Below are positions 38,304 through 51,400 of a DNA stretch of 64,000 nucleotides, one piece after another. A model generated the notes under the pieces. The model had not been told where the DNA came from and made no database searches. It saw nothing but the letters and a program-made list of their open reading frames with translations. The position numbers and the translations under genes are program-made. Source of the stretch: Negaprion brevirostris (taxonomy: Eukaryota). Location: contig JARDVH010000106.1 of assembly GCA_030324005.1 (NCBI GenBank), positions 40,954,640-41,018,639 of the forward strand. Direction: 5' to 3'. Positions within the stretch are counted from its first letter, which is position 1; each line of letters starts with the position of its first letter.

Positions 38304-39832
38304 TTGGGCCTCAATAGCAGCTTACTGTTGCAGAATTTGATGTTCCTGCCTACAAGCTTCCCCGTTGGTTAAAATGACCCAGTCCTCTTTCCGGTCAATT
38401 AGTCTTGCCAGCAAGGTTAAAATCATGTTGAAATTATTTTATTTTCATTATGTTAATTTTGACTTTGTTAAACCAAAGATTTCATGTAGCATTAATTGTG
38501 CTTTTTGCATGGAGCTCATGTTTATTTGATAGCCTGCGGGATACACAATGTTCTAAATCTGCTTCTGCCTTATATTGTCAAAGCTAAATCAGTCATAAAA
38601 AGCAAAAGGCTTTGCAAGGTTAGTGAAGGCTCAAGATATTAGCATATTTAAAACTTTTATAAGGCACCAGCATTATGAAAATTAAATATTTAAATAGAAA
38701 TAAATTAAATTGCTTCAAAGTAAAAGAATACTTGAAGAAATGACACATTATAACCAAAATTGACATCTGATAAATATATCTACAAGTAATATCTCTATGA
38801 GGATTCCTCTTACAAAAAGCCTTTAATAATTGTTGCACCAATGATTTGGTTCAGCTCCTGAATAAAATCTAAAGGACTTTATTACATTACTTCACAGTAT
38901 CTGCCAATGTTGTCATGTTCTTTCAGTGTCTTCAATGAGGGATAGAACATTACAGAGAAAGAATAGAAAGGCATGACTTCCACAGCAGTACAAACATCAC
39001 TGAGTGCATCAAGCACTGAGATAACATGATTCCTTTGTATGTTCTAATATGTATACTTACAAAACTTTTTTTAAACTGACATTGTTAATATTATACTGAG
39101 AATGGATCCCTGTAGTGCAGTAGGAAAATAAATCTAACTTTGCAACAATGGCAAAATTAGGCTTCAATGGATTGTGAATGTGGGCAGGCCATGGCAGCAG
39201 GATTGAGAAATGCTGAAGATTGTGGTGGGAACATCTTTTCTCTAGCTTGAATAAGATGTTTGCAACTGATAAGCTAGCTGAGAAAGTCTGGTCCATGAAA
39301 ATAAAAATCTGGAAAGACAGCAGCTATTAAAAGGATGCAGCATACACAATGTGGATTGTTCCATCCAGCCTATTCGTCAACAAAAACTCATCAGTTTCTT
39401 TAACAGATTAGGAAAGGATTAGCCCGATATTCCCTTTCCTGGGAAGCATTCATTCATCCAATCGCTTCTTGAAATGATCTTACAAAAAATGTTCGTGCTT
39501 TCAAGATAAAAAATTGCCTACAGTTTCTCCTTTTGTTGATACTTTTAAATTTTAAACTATATACCTGAGAATTCAATTGTTGCACCCAACACCTGGGATA
39601 AACATGCATGGATTCAGAGTCTCCACATCCATAAAAGTCAAGCTCTTTCAAGTCCTCTTCTCAGAACGACAACTCAAAAGTCAATAATTTATCCTCATTT
39701 ATTAGCCTTGTGTGTTCTCGAAGCAGCACGAAGAACAAACAAACAAACTTGCATTTGCATAGTAATGCTCTCGGACTCTGACAACCCCAGGTACTTCACA
39801 CCCAAAGAATCCATGGAGAGAAACGTCACACT

Positions 39833-40130
39833 AAAGTTTAAAGTTTATTTATTAGTGTCACAAATAGGCTTACATTAACACTAATGAAGCTACTATGAAA
39901 ATCCCCTGGTCACCACACTCCGGCGCCTGTTCAGATACACAGAGAGAATTTAACCGATGCACGTAACATGTCTTTCAGACTGTGGGAGGAAACCGGAGCA
40001 CCCAACAAAATCCACACAGACATGGGGAGAACGTGAAAACTCCACACAGACAGTGACCCAAGCCAGGAATTGAAGTGGGGTCCTTGCCGCTGTGAGGCAG
40101 TAGTGCTAACCACTGTTCCACCATGCTGCC
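39833..40130 (-). mobile_element. V-SINE with alternative (type B) tail
   Basis: Same head and V-domain as the other V-SINEs, but tail ...aacaggcgccggagtgtgg...gtgttaatgtaagcc...ctaataaataaactttaaacttt. Confidence 0.88.
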
Positions 40131-40178
40131 ATATTGAGGTGTCACAATATTAAACTGAACAGGTAATTAATCTGTTCA

Positions 40179-40249
40179 GGAATAAATGTTGGATGGAGAT
40201 TTGGGAATAAACGTTGGATGGAGATTTGGGAATAAATGTTGGATGGAGA
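40179..40249 (+). repeat. 25-bp tandem repeat, ~3 copies
   Basis: ggaataaaYgttggatggagatttg starting at 40179, 40204 and 40229. Confidence 0.9.
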
Positions 40250-40619
40250 CTTCCCCAGCTAATTTGAAATTATGCTATGGGATTTCTTGTGTCTATTTGA
40301 AAAGATGTTGAGCTTCAGTTAAACATCACATCAGAAAGATGACACCATGGATAACTCACCGTTAAATCCACATTTTGCCCAGAGCCTGGCGCTCACTCCG
40401 CGCCCAGAACCCAGCGCTCACTCTGCAATGAACTGATTNNNNNNNNNNNNNNNNNNNNNNNNNNNNNNNNNNNNNNNNNNNNNNNNNNNNNNNNNNNNNN
40501 NNNNNNNNNNNNNNNNNNNNNNNNNNNNNNNNNNNNNNAGTGTTTTGTGTCGTTATATCAATTTCTACATTGAGGCCTATGGCTTAATAATCTAACATTC
40601 AACCTGCTGCAATAATGAC

Positions 40620-41240
40620 TCCTGCAACATCAGCCTTGGATGTGTCCTGTCCCATTGGAAAGACAGGCACACCAAGGTAATGAATAACACCATGTCACAC
40701 AGTTGAGAGATGGGAGTGTTCAAAATTGATTACACACCCCATGTAATCTCATGGCATCAGATCAAACATAGTAAGGAATCTCCCATTGATCATTTCCTAT
40801 CATTTGCTCTCAGATGCGAGACTAGTAATCCTTCAAGTGTTGAATATATTTGGAAGAAGCATAGGGGGCAGCAAGCACACAGGGTATACTGTAGGTGGCA
40901 ATGTCAACATGTATCAGCAAGAGTGCTTTGGCAACATTCCTACTGCCCAAACCTCAAAGGACATTAACTGTTAGGCTAGACTTGCACATGGCCGGATTAG
41001 AACTAACAAGCAAAAAACCTACTTGATTTTGTCCCATCAACCTACCTTTAATAGATGTGCCTGACCATGACAGTATTGGTAGGATTGGGCATGGCACAGC
41101 CATTACGGAGAAAACTTCCCACTCAGGATACCAGATTGCATCTTGTGTATCGTGACAGAATATATAGATTCAGAACTAACCTTGCTGTTCAAAGCCAGGC
41201 AATCGAACTAGCTGCTGGTATTTGGGCCTAGGACACTCCC
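40620..41240 (+). mobile_element. CR1-group LINE APE endonuclease fragment
   Basis: GCVLSHWKDR, PHVISWHQIKHSK, VGGNVNMYQQECFG (GDFN.H..EW.G), NLLDFV. Confidence 0.7.
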
Positions 41241-41254
41241 CTGGGACTGAGAAG

Positions 41255-41490
41255 ATGATTGATCTTCCATACCACAAGCATCTTCCTTTGTACTTGGTAT
41301 GATTCCAGCCCGGGGAAGATATTTCCTCGATTCCCACTGACATCAGTTTCACACTTGGTCAAACGCTGCTTTGATGTTAAGAGCAATCACTCACTCCAAT
41401 GCACCCCGGAATCAGATTCTCCTGTCCATGTTTGGTCCAAAGCTATAATGAGCTCTACAGCCAAGTGGTCTTGGCAGAAGTCAGCTGGAC
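41255..41490 (-). mobile_element. CR1-group LINE RT fragment, inverted relative to the adjacent APE fragment
   Basis: Minus strand FCQDHLAVELIIALDQTWT...ALNIKAAFDQV, GNRGNIFPGLESYQVQRKMLVV. Confidence 0.72.
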
Positions 41491-42780
41491 ATCAGAGATT
41501 TTCATTGAGCGAAATTGCAAGGTCCCATTATTTTTATCCAAACATCTTGAAAGTTCCCACGTCTGGCTTCCTGAGCACCTCTGCTGTCTGATCATACCTA
41601 CTCTAACAGTCAGCATAGGACCCTGATTTACATATTTAAGAAATTTTGCTTCGATTTAAGGTGGGCCAACAAGATGTCCGTTCACAGGATTCTCTGAAAG
41701 TTTTATCGGGCTGGTTTGGGGCGAAATGGGGAGAAATGCAGGACTGTCAGTTGAATATCATCCATGAGATGTCTTGTATTATTTCCATTGAATCTGTTAC
41801 CAAATTAAGAGGTTTATTGTTTACTTCCTGAAGTTCAAGGGGCAAGAATTTATGTGTGGTAAACAGGATAAATTTTGAGAGTATCATCTTCACCATTAGC
41901 TGTCCCTTGATTCAAAGATGACTTCTACTCAGGGTCATAAGTTTCTGCCCTGGATTTTCATGCGACTGAACAGGCTGATTCTCAGCCCACAGATACTTGG
42001 GCACATGGAGCAGGATGTCCCATGAATTAGTGGTATCCGCTATTCCTTCTCTGCTGCTGTTCTCCCTTCTTATTAATGATGGTGTCCTTCTTGAAGCCAG
42101 CTCCATGAATATTCAGACTAAACTCCTGCAAAGCCAACCATGATGGTCTGGGCACCATGTCCAGACAACTGAAAACTGTCTCCCTCACAAGGTCCTGTTT
42201 TCTCAACGTTCAAATGGCCTGTATTCCAGGAGAGGGCAAAGAAAAGGACAACCTGAATATCTCTTTGAAAACTCTGANNNNNNNNNNNNNNNNNNNNNNN
42301 NNNNNNNNNNNNNNNNNNNNNNNNNNNNNNNNNNNNNNNNNNNNNNNNNNNNNNNNNNNNNNNNNNNNNNNNNNNNNGATGTATTCGTTGAAACGTGATA
42401 ATATTGATATTGGGTGGGATTCTTTGTGGCAGGATCTGTTGCAAGTGAGAACAGAAAATTGGCGTTCCAGCCTAAATTCCATTCACTTTGAGGCACCAGA
42501 AAATTGCAGCTGTGAACAAGGATGGAAGATTTTGTCCTTTAATGACTTTGAGGAGCTTGCTACCAATTGTTCAAAATGACGACAACTTGTTCATCAAGCT
42601 GCTTTGAGTCCAAAAGCTGTAATGATGGAGCCTTAGTGAGACTGTAGAAACTTATGAAAGCAGATCTCGCATGAACCATTTTAGATTGTTTTGTGAATGG
42701 TTCATTCCATTTATGGAAACCTAATTCATTACAAATACAGTGGTTTCAAAAATTGATGAATTTGCACCTGAGTTTAACAA

Positions 42781-43129
42781 TTTTTTTTATTCATTTGTGG
42801 GCCATTGGTGTCACTGGCTGGCCAACATTTATTGCCCATCCTTAGTTTTCTGAGGGTAGTTAAAAGTCAACCACATTGCTGTGGCTCTGAAGTCACATGT
42901 CGGCTCAACCAGGTAAGCACAGCAGAATTCCTTCCCTAAAGCACATTGATAAACTAGATGGTTTTTTTTCGCCAATCAACAATGATTCCATGGTCATCAG
43001 TAGATTCTCAGTTCCAGGTATTTTTTATTGAATTTAAATTCCACCACCTTATGGCGGGATTTGAACCCAGATCCCCAGAACATTAACTGAATTTCTGGAT
43101 GAATAGTCTAGCGACAATATCACGAGGCC
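42781..43129 (-). mobile_element. tRNA-derived shark SINE (same family as 470..830)
   Basis: Poly-T start, atttattgcccatcc, agtcaaccacattgctgtgg, B box gggatttgaaccc. Confidence 0.85.
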
Positions 43130-44504
43130 TTCCTTATTAGAAATATTATTAGATATAAAACTAGTTTTCATAAAATAAAGGACATGATAAACAACAAAGA
43201 ATGCTATTCTTTTCCTGAATGAGTTTTGTGAGACTAGTGTGATAACGAGAATGAGGAACTTGACATCATGATCTCTGTGGTAAACTTTATTAAGCGAAAT
43301 CCTATATTATGAAAAAGATTATTACACCACAAGCGATAGCTGAGCTAATATTTTATGGCTTTGCATTGGACATAGTGAAGGGTATACACAGGGTTTGCCA
43401 TAGTGAGCAGGACATATCTTCTTGATAATACAACCAAAAGTCAGGGATGAGATTAAGGTCGTCGGCAGAAGCAATACATAGCTTCAGGTTGGAAAATTCC
43501 AGTCAATATTTTCCCCCTCAATTTTTTACAATCTATGGCCATATTAAGATTCTATAATGAATGGCTTTACTACATACTGTAAGGAAATATTACTGAGGAA
43601 AAAGTGATATTTTAATCAGATACAAAGCATTTTATTTGATTACAAGATATTTGATGATACCTGGTTGTTACCTTTTCAGAAAATTAGATGTATATGGCTT
43701 GGATATTCAGTTACATGAGTGCCAGCTTTGAATGATAAACTCAGTAGTACAAGTATTTAGATTCTATTGTCCTCCCACCACCCCCCCCGCCACAAAAAAT
43801 CTGAGTTTGTAACCAGTGGCTGGTGTTTACAAGTCAAATTTGATATTTCCACATTATGGAGCTTCTATTTTTAAAAAAAATTAAACTATGATATTTCCAT
43901 CAGATATCTAAAGATTAATAATTCACGCATGACCGGCCTCATATTTGTAAGAAGCAGGGCTTTGTTCCTGTGGTTGAAACAAATTCCTAGATCTTAGACA
44001 CACTTATGCAATCTTGTTACAAAATGTGCCATTTTATGTCAAAGGAACAAGAGACGGCTATTCAGTCCCTTGAGCTGTTTCTGCCATTCTATTAGATTAT
44101 AGCTGACCCTCTACCTGAACTCTGTTTGCAGCGAAGTATGCATGTTGAGTGTTCACTACAATCTGGGTTGAGCTTGCAGTCTGCTTAGAATTCTGCCAAG
44201 TGCTTTGGCTGGAATGGAAACAATTTCTCCCAGTTCTTAGGGCCAGATGACAAACACACAGGGTTTGCCATTTAGCAACAGAGATACAAGTTATGGTTGA
44301 TGGGTGGAATTACGGGGAGCATTCCATAACGTCAGGNNNNNNNNNNNNNNNNNNNNNNNNNNNNNNNNNNNNNNNNNNNNNNNNNNNNNNNNNNNNNNNN
44401 NNNNNNNNNNNNNNNNNNNNNNNNNNNNNNNNNNNNNNNNNNNNNNNNNNNNNNNNNNNNNNNNNNNNNNNNNNNNNNNNNNNNNNNNNNNNNNNNNNNN
44501 NNNN

Positions 44505-44537
44505 TGTAATGTTCTATGTTCTATGTTCTATGTTCTA
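44505..44537 (+). repeat. (TTCTATG)n microsatellite, probably a CR1/SINE 3' tail emerging from a gap
   Basis: tgtaatgttctatgttctatgttctatgttcta directly after an N-run. Confidence 0.7.
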
Positions 44538-45964
44538 GTTACATTATTCAATGTTGTAATTTAAGATGACTATGTCAAGCATATTTGCAATAACATACAA
44601 CGTAACTTTTCGGCTTTAGATTTTATACAACATTAAAGCAAATGTTAATATGTGACTGATAAATTCTATTGATAACTTTATGCAAAACACACAAAACGTT
44701 TCTAACTACCTAATACAGACCTGCAGTGGTTTTAAACTCAAAGATCAGATTTGAATCCAGTTTGCTTCAACATCTCCCAAATGTATATCTGTTCACACTT
44801 TTTTTTTCTAGCTCAGTTGACTCAAATTGGCTTCCCTGTATTCACTGAAAGCAAATCAATATTGTATTTGTAACCATAGTATTTCACTACAATGATTTGA
44901 ATTATTTTGTTTACAATAGACCTTGTTCACCATGTCTTTATTTTAAGGTCACAACAGTATAGCCTCATCACTATACAATAGTATAGTGGTTTGCAGAATT
45001 ACTTCAACAGTACTTTCTGTACAATTCAGAACTGAGCAAGGGCCTAACAAATACCACTGAAATTTTGCCAGAGGGAAAGTCTGCTTTTTCAATGCTGGAA
45101 GAGAATCTTATTAATTATGGCTGCTGTAAGGAACTTGTCTAAGCAAAACATTAGCTGGTCACAAAGAGACCTCATATAATGGACATTATATCATTATCAG
45201 ATAATTGAGCAATATCATTCAGAAGAAGAACATCAACGCCACAAGATTGTATTGAATCTTGAACCAATCAAGCAATTTCTTTCCGCTCATATTTTCATTT
45301 GAGTAGCAATCTCTCTGTTCTTTTGTATTATGTTAAAAACTACTTCCTCAAAATTCTCCCACCTCAAAATAACAAAGCCTAGAGATGGTTTGAAAAATGA
45401 AAGTCTGCTCAGTTGGGTGACCATATTTTTTTCATCAAGTATCCTTCGCACCCTGCAATCTAAATGGACAAAATTGCTTTGTCAAACCACTGCCCTATGT
45501 AGGCTGTGTTCAATAAAGAGATACTTTACCTGATTGATTTAAAAACATAGGAAAAATAATTCTGAATAAGATTTCGTTTTAATTTTTCCTCCATCCTTAA
45601 AGTTATAAAGCCAGTGCTCAGAACAGACCAAGCAAATCCAAATCCACTCCTTGCTTGCTACAGAAACCAAATTCAAATTCCAACTGAATCCAATTCATGG
45701 TCCCCACAAATATAAAGATGGACGAAGCAAGATGGGCCTCAACTGAAACTTTGGGATGTGTGTCAGATAAAATGTGCAACTGAGAATTAATCCGTTACTC
45801 ATTGTGCGACATAATATGCATCAAACATAGATTAAGATGATGTTGCAGATATAAACCACTGATTGGAAAGTAGCTTATTCATGGTCAAAGATGATGCCAG
45901 CAAAAAAAAATGCATCATTTCAGAACCGTGAATGTTATAGGTGGTCATCTGGGGTGGTCCATCA

Positions 45965-46325
45965 ACTTGATCACAACCTTCAAGATCTTGAGGGGTCTTG
46001 GCAAAGGGGATGTGGAGTGGATGCTTCCTCTTGTGGGAAAAACTAGGACTAGGGCGTCACTGTTTAAAAATAAGGGCTCACTCAGTTATTAATGATATAA
46101 GGAGAATTTTTTTCCCCTCAGGAGATTGCGAGTGTTTAGAACTCTTCTTGGAAACAGGGTCTTTGAATATTTTCAAGGCAGACTAGACAGACTCTTGATT
46201 AGCAAGGGGTGGAAGGATATCCACCATAGACAAGAATGTGGGTTGAAGTTATATCTGACCAGCCATGATTATTGAACGGTGAAGCAGGTCCACGGGGTCG
46301 AATAGTCCAATACGTATGTTTGTAC
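45965..46325 (+). mobile_element. CR1 LINE 3' end
   Basis: LITTFKILRGLGKGDVEWMLPLVGKTRTR, RRIFF, SLNIFKA; 3' UTR ccatgattattgaacggtgaagcagg. Confidence 0.8.
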
Positions 46326-46706
46326 TGTGTCTGCACTGGAACTTTGCTATGCTGATTTCTCTTCATTACCCTGCATCTCCCACTTATTTATCAAACTCTA
46401 ACTTAAAACATGAAATAGCTTTGCCCCTACCATGCAAAGTGTTTTGTGCTCCAACAATACTGTTTGGAATTTCTCCCAAACCCTCTCCTTTGATGGTTAG
46501 TACTGAGATATTACTTTGTAAATGGTCATGGNNNNNNNNNNNNNNNNNNNNNNNNNNNNNNNNNNNNNNNNNNNNNNNNNNNNNNNNNNNNNNNNNNNNN
46601 NNNNNNNNNNNNNNNNNNNNNNNNNNNNNNNNNNNNNNNNNNNNNNNNNNNNNNNNNNNNNNNNNNNNNNNNNNNNNNNNNNNNNNNNNNNNNNNNNNNN
46701 NNNNNA

Positions 46707-46932
46707 CCTGACATTCCACTTCAGTACCCGCCAACCCTGCCATCTTGGTGTCATCCGCAAACTTGCTGATGACACCACCTACAGTCTCTTCCAAGTCATT
46801 TATGTATACTACAAAGAGCAGAGGTCCCAGTACTGAGCCTTGCGGCACACCACTGGTCACTGGCCTCCAGCCCGAAAAGGTCCCTTCCACAACTACCCTC
46901 TGCCTCCTATTGCCCAGCCAGTTCTCAATCCA
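46707..46932 (-). mobile_element. CR1 RT core fragment
   Basis: [42 protein letters not shown]. Confidence 0.92.
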
Positions 46933-47130
46933 AATATTGTGGAATCAATCCTGATTGATCAAGGGGATGCCTGTTGGACTATAAATGTTTAATCGGCAGG
47001 GAGAATGCTCTGCTCATGTTTACTCCTGGACATGCAAATGGTATCACAGTTAAAGTTCTCACAGTAAAACTGCCAGGTTGGGACCAGAGCTACAATCAGA
47101 AACTGGCAGCTATGATGCACTTCACCTTGA

Positions 47131-47477
47131 GGGCTATATGGTGGCACAGTCATTAGCACTGCTGTCTCTTCGTGCCAGGGACCCAGATTCAATTCCAGTC
47201 TTGTGGAGTTAGTATGTTTTCCCCATGTCAACGTGTGTTTCCTCCGCATGCTCCAGTTTCCTCCTACAGTCCAAAGATGCGTGGATTACATGGATTGGCC
47301 CATGCTAAATTGTCCCTTAACGTCCCAAGGTGTGTAGGTGAGATGGATTAGCTATGGTAAGTGTGTAGAGTTCCAGGTATACGGTGGGGGAGAGCAGCTG
47401 GGTAAGATACTTTGTCAGAGTGTTGGTACACACTCAATGGACCGAATGGTCTCCTCTGCACCGTAGGGATCCTGTGA
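47131..47477 (+). mobile_element. V-SINE, CR1-type tail
   Basis: Head, V-domain ccagtttcctcctacagtccaaagatg, tail gaccgaatggtctcctctgcaccgtagggat. Confidence 0.88.
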
Positions 47478-48319
47478 ATTAGTGCTTTGCCAAGAGATAC
47501 TCGACTGACATTAGAACATTTTTACAGGAAACTTTATTTCAGTAGGGCCCAAGAAAAATGGGAGCAATAATCAGAAAGCCACAAATCAGGTAAGTTCCAA
47601 AAATCTTAAAGGGAAAGATTTGTTAAAATATTCCAGATACCCAGATCATTATCAAGGTCTTATTATGGCAGACTATTGTCATTGTCAGCTGTCATTGTGG
47701 ATATTGCTGCACAATTCAAGTAGTGCCTGCTTCCTGAAGAACTGAAGAAACATTTCAATCATTAAAAGCACGGTGCCAAAAATTCAAGCACATCGTGTTC
47801 AGGCAGTAACCTTAAGGCTATGCATATTTTCCACTTGAAAGCTAATTAATCAGGCCAACTCAACCGAAAACCATTTTGAGATGTACCATATGTAAATTAC
47901 ATAATTGGCTCCTGCTCTGTCCTGCCTCTTACCGCTGTCCTGAAGGCTGGTGACCGCTGCTAATTAAAACCAAGAATCCTTACATTTTGCTCATCAGGAT
48001 AATCCACATGACAATTTGTTGCAATAATTAAAACCATGCAGCATCCAGATTGCCAACCAGAACTTCCAGTTAGTGAGGATCAAACATGTTTATAGGTGCT
48101 CTATTTCATTCAGATGGAAGTTTCAGCAAGAACTTCACTCCAGCCATATGTCAGAGTAAGATCCTGCGGAATGTACAACCGTCACTAGCTGGCATTAGAG
48201 TGCTACTTCAATGCCTGATCCACTGACATTTCCTTGTCATATTCTTGTGCATGGAATGGACAGTTGCTGCAGCACAAAATCTCTTTTCATTCTTTCACAA
48301 AACATGATCAGTTAAAGGT

Positions 48320-48475
48320 CAGCATTTTTTTCCCATCCCTAATTGCCCTCTGGAAGGCAACGCTGATCCGCCTTCTTGAACTGCTGCCGTCCATGTGCGT
48401 AGATGCAGCCACATTGCCATTAATGAGGGACTTATAGGATTTTGAATCTGTGAAAATAAATGAAACTGTCGCATA
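48320..48475 (-). mobile_element. CR1-group LINE 3' end fragment
   Basis: cccatccctaattgccct...ccgccttcttgaactgctgccgtccatgtg, the reverse complement of the tail type at 36622..36908. Confidence 0.7.
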
Positions 48476-51400
48476 AGGAGGAATTCTCCCAATACCCGCC
48501 AGTATGTTTGATGGCGGAAGTGGGAGAGAATATGGTACCAGCATGAATTTATATCAGGATCTTCTGCTGGTGCCCGCCATGGCTGGTCGGAAAACCTGCC
48601 AGAGACTGGCGTGAGTCTCCTTTTCATTCCGCTAATGGGATGCAGATGCAGGCTCAACTTCCCCATGCCTTATTCTCCATGATGCCAGTCTGAAACACGT
48701 CGGCATGAAACACATGAGGGACAATGTGCGTACAGATGTCAGGACTCATCTGAATAATGCCTGGGGCTGCCTCCAGTGTACAGGATGTAGGCCGCCTGCA
48801 ATCCTNNNNNNNNNNNCACCACAGCAGTGAGTCGGGGGAAACATCTGCAGGTGGACTTTCCAGATTAAGTGTCCTGGAGCAGTTGGGGGGAGGGTGGTGG
48901 GCAGGTTCCACCTTCCAGCCTCAGAATGCTCCTGGAGATCCATCTTCATTTCCAGGTGATTCAGTTTCTTTCTTCAAGTGTGAGTCAGTGATATGGCACC
49001 CGGACACAATGCAGGTTTCCCTTGTTACAGAGTACACCGTAAAACACCTGGATGCTCAATTACTGAGATTGGTGCCAGAAGATTTGGTGCATTTTCCCAC
49101 CGGCTGCCACAGCGAGAAACACTCCACATTCCCAACCCCAGGAGGCCTAGGTGAGTGTGTGATTATCACAAGTTATAGGTAGCCTGCACCTTTCGAAGGA
49201 GAGTTTCATGCTGGCGACAGAATGTGGTGAGAAGTTCTCCATTAAAAGGTTCTCATAAGGAACAAAGGGGATAAAGACAGCCACAAACCAGAGGGAGGTT
49301 TTCTGGTTTGGATTGGAGGCCTTAGTCCAGGTGGTGGAAATGAGGTGGTGAAGTTTTCACAGAAGAACAAGACACCCTCAAGAATCTGAGTACACAGCCA
49401 TGGAGGTCAATTCAAGAGTCCAGCCCCAAGGACCTAGTTTGCTGTGTCTTAAAAAGTTTAATGACATTACATGCGTGGTCAGAATCAATGAATGCGTCTT
49501 CAAATGCCATCACCTACCAATGGCACCACCAACCTTACATGTTACTCAATGCATTATTCTGCCATCACCCAACATTCAGCAAGCTCTGGCAATAAGGACA
49601 CATGCTGTGGAGATGCCGATGTTGGACTGGGGTAAACACAGTAAGAAGTCTCACAACACCAGGTTAAAGTCCAACAGGTTTATTTGGTAGNNNNNNNNNN
49701 NNNNNNNNNNNNNNNNNNNNNNNNNNNNNNNNNNNNNNNNNNNNNNNNNNNNNNNNNNNNNNNNNNNNNNNNNNNNNNNNNNNNNNNNNNNNNNNNNNNN
49801 NNNNNNNNNNNNNNNNNNNNNNNNNNNNNNNNNNNNNNNNNNNNNNNNNNNNNNNNNNNNNNNNNNNNNNNNNNNNNNNNNNNNNNNNNNNNNNNNNNNN
49901 NNNNNNNNNNNNNNNNNNNNNNNNNNNNNNNNNNNNNNNNNNNNNNNNNNNNNNNNNNNNNNNNNNNNNNNNNNNNNNNNNNNNNNNNNNNNNNNNNNNN
50001 NNNNNNNNNNNNNNNNNNNNNNNNNNNNNNNNNNNNNNNNNNNNNNNNNNNNNNNNNNNNNNNNNNNNNNNNNNNNNNNNNNNNNNNNNNNNNNNNNNNN
50101 NNNNNNNNNNNNNNNNNNNNNNNNNNNNNNNNNNNNNNNNNNNNNNNNNNNNNNNNNNNNNNNNNNNNNNNNNNNNNNNNNNNNNNNNNNNNNNNNNNNN
50201 NNNNNNNNNNNNNNNNNNNNNNNNNNNNNNNNNNNNNNNNNNNNNNNNNNNNNNNNNNNNNNNNNNNNNNNNNNNNNNNNNNNNNNNNNNNNNNNNNNNN
50301 NNNNNNNNNNNNNNNNNNNNNNNNNNNNNNNNNNNNNNNNNNNNNNNNNNNNNNNNNNNNNNNNNNNNNNNNNNNNNNNNNNNNNNNNNNNNNNNNNNNN
50401 NNNNNNNNNNNNNNNNNNNNNNNNNNNNNNNNTAGTGTGACATGAACCCAAGATCCCGGTTGAGGCCGTCCTCATGTGTGCGGAACTTGGCTATCAGTTT
50501 CTGCTCAGCAACTCTGCGCTGTCGTATGTCATGAAGGCCGTCTTGGAGAACGCCTACCCGAAGATCAGAGGCCGAATGCCCGTGACCACAGAAGTGCTCG
50601 CCAACAGGAAGGGAACAGTTTCGCCTGGTGATCGTCAAGTGGTGTTCATTCATCCGTTGTCATAGCGTCTGCATGGTCATAATGGCTAAAATTGTCGAGC
50701 GGTGCTCATTTCGTGTTGTTGTGAGACTTCTTACTAATAAGGACACATGCATAACATTCATAGTCTCCACCTTACTCCCCCATTCCCTTATCACTGACAG
50801 AGGCCTGCATTTCACAGCTTGTACATACATACTTGTAGCTGTTCACCCATAGAACATAGACAAGTGCATTGCTCTCATTGATTTTCTTCTTCTCGTTTGC
50901 AGGAAAAGGTGACATATCACAGACAAGAGACACAGAGACCCTGCAGTGGCCAATCACATCTGCACTCTTGGGCCCCTAAAAGGTGATGGTGTTGTGAATT
51001 ATTGGAATGGTTTTGACTCTTGTAATGACCATCATCAAGAACATTGCTTTCCAACAATCAAGTGCAAGCTGCAGATAATCTGCCCAGAGGTCTCTTGCTT
51101 CAAACTCCAGACCTGACAGTTGGGTTGTGTACAATTGTATATAGGCTTGGAGACACATTCCAACATGAAGGGTGCTCTTCGTGGGGACCTGACAGTGGAA
51201 TGTCAGTGGTTTCCATCACAATTTTGTTGGTTGCAGAATGGCTCTGATGCAAGCATTTCTGTCCCTGATCTCAAGTGACAAAGAAGACCAGTCAGCCAGG
51301 TGGAGACAGGGTTGTCCTAGTCACCAAATGGCCACCCCCTGGACCATTACTGTAACTCAAAAATACAGCAAGATGTGTTGACTGGTAAAAGTATCACAGC

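Larger units (their letters stand above)
39745..40355 (-). mobile_element. Degenerate DeuSINE interrupted by a V-SINE
   Basis: aacttgcatttgcatag tail on the left; gaaattatgctatgggatttctt...cagttaaacatcacatcagaaagatgacacc Deu-like core on the right. Confidence 0.55.

Noticed and set aside
40179-40249. Regularly spaced repeats considered as a CRISPR-like array
   Set aside because: Head-to-tail tandem copies without spacers, in eukaryotic DNA, inside a SINE.
49651-50653. Long ORFs of 250-330 aa in the track
   Set aside because: Mostly translated Ns; only the ~73-aa GIY-YIG part is real.
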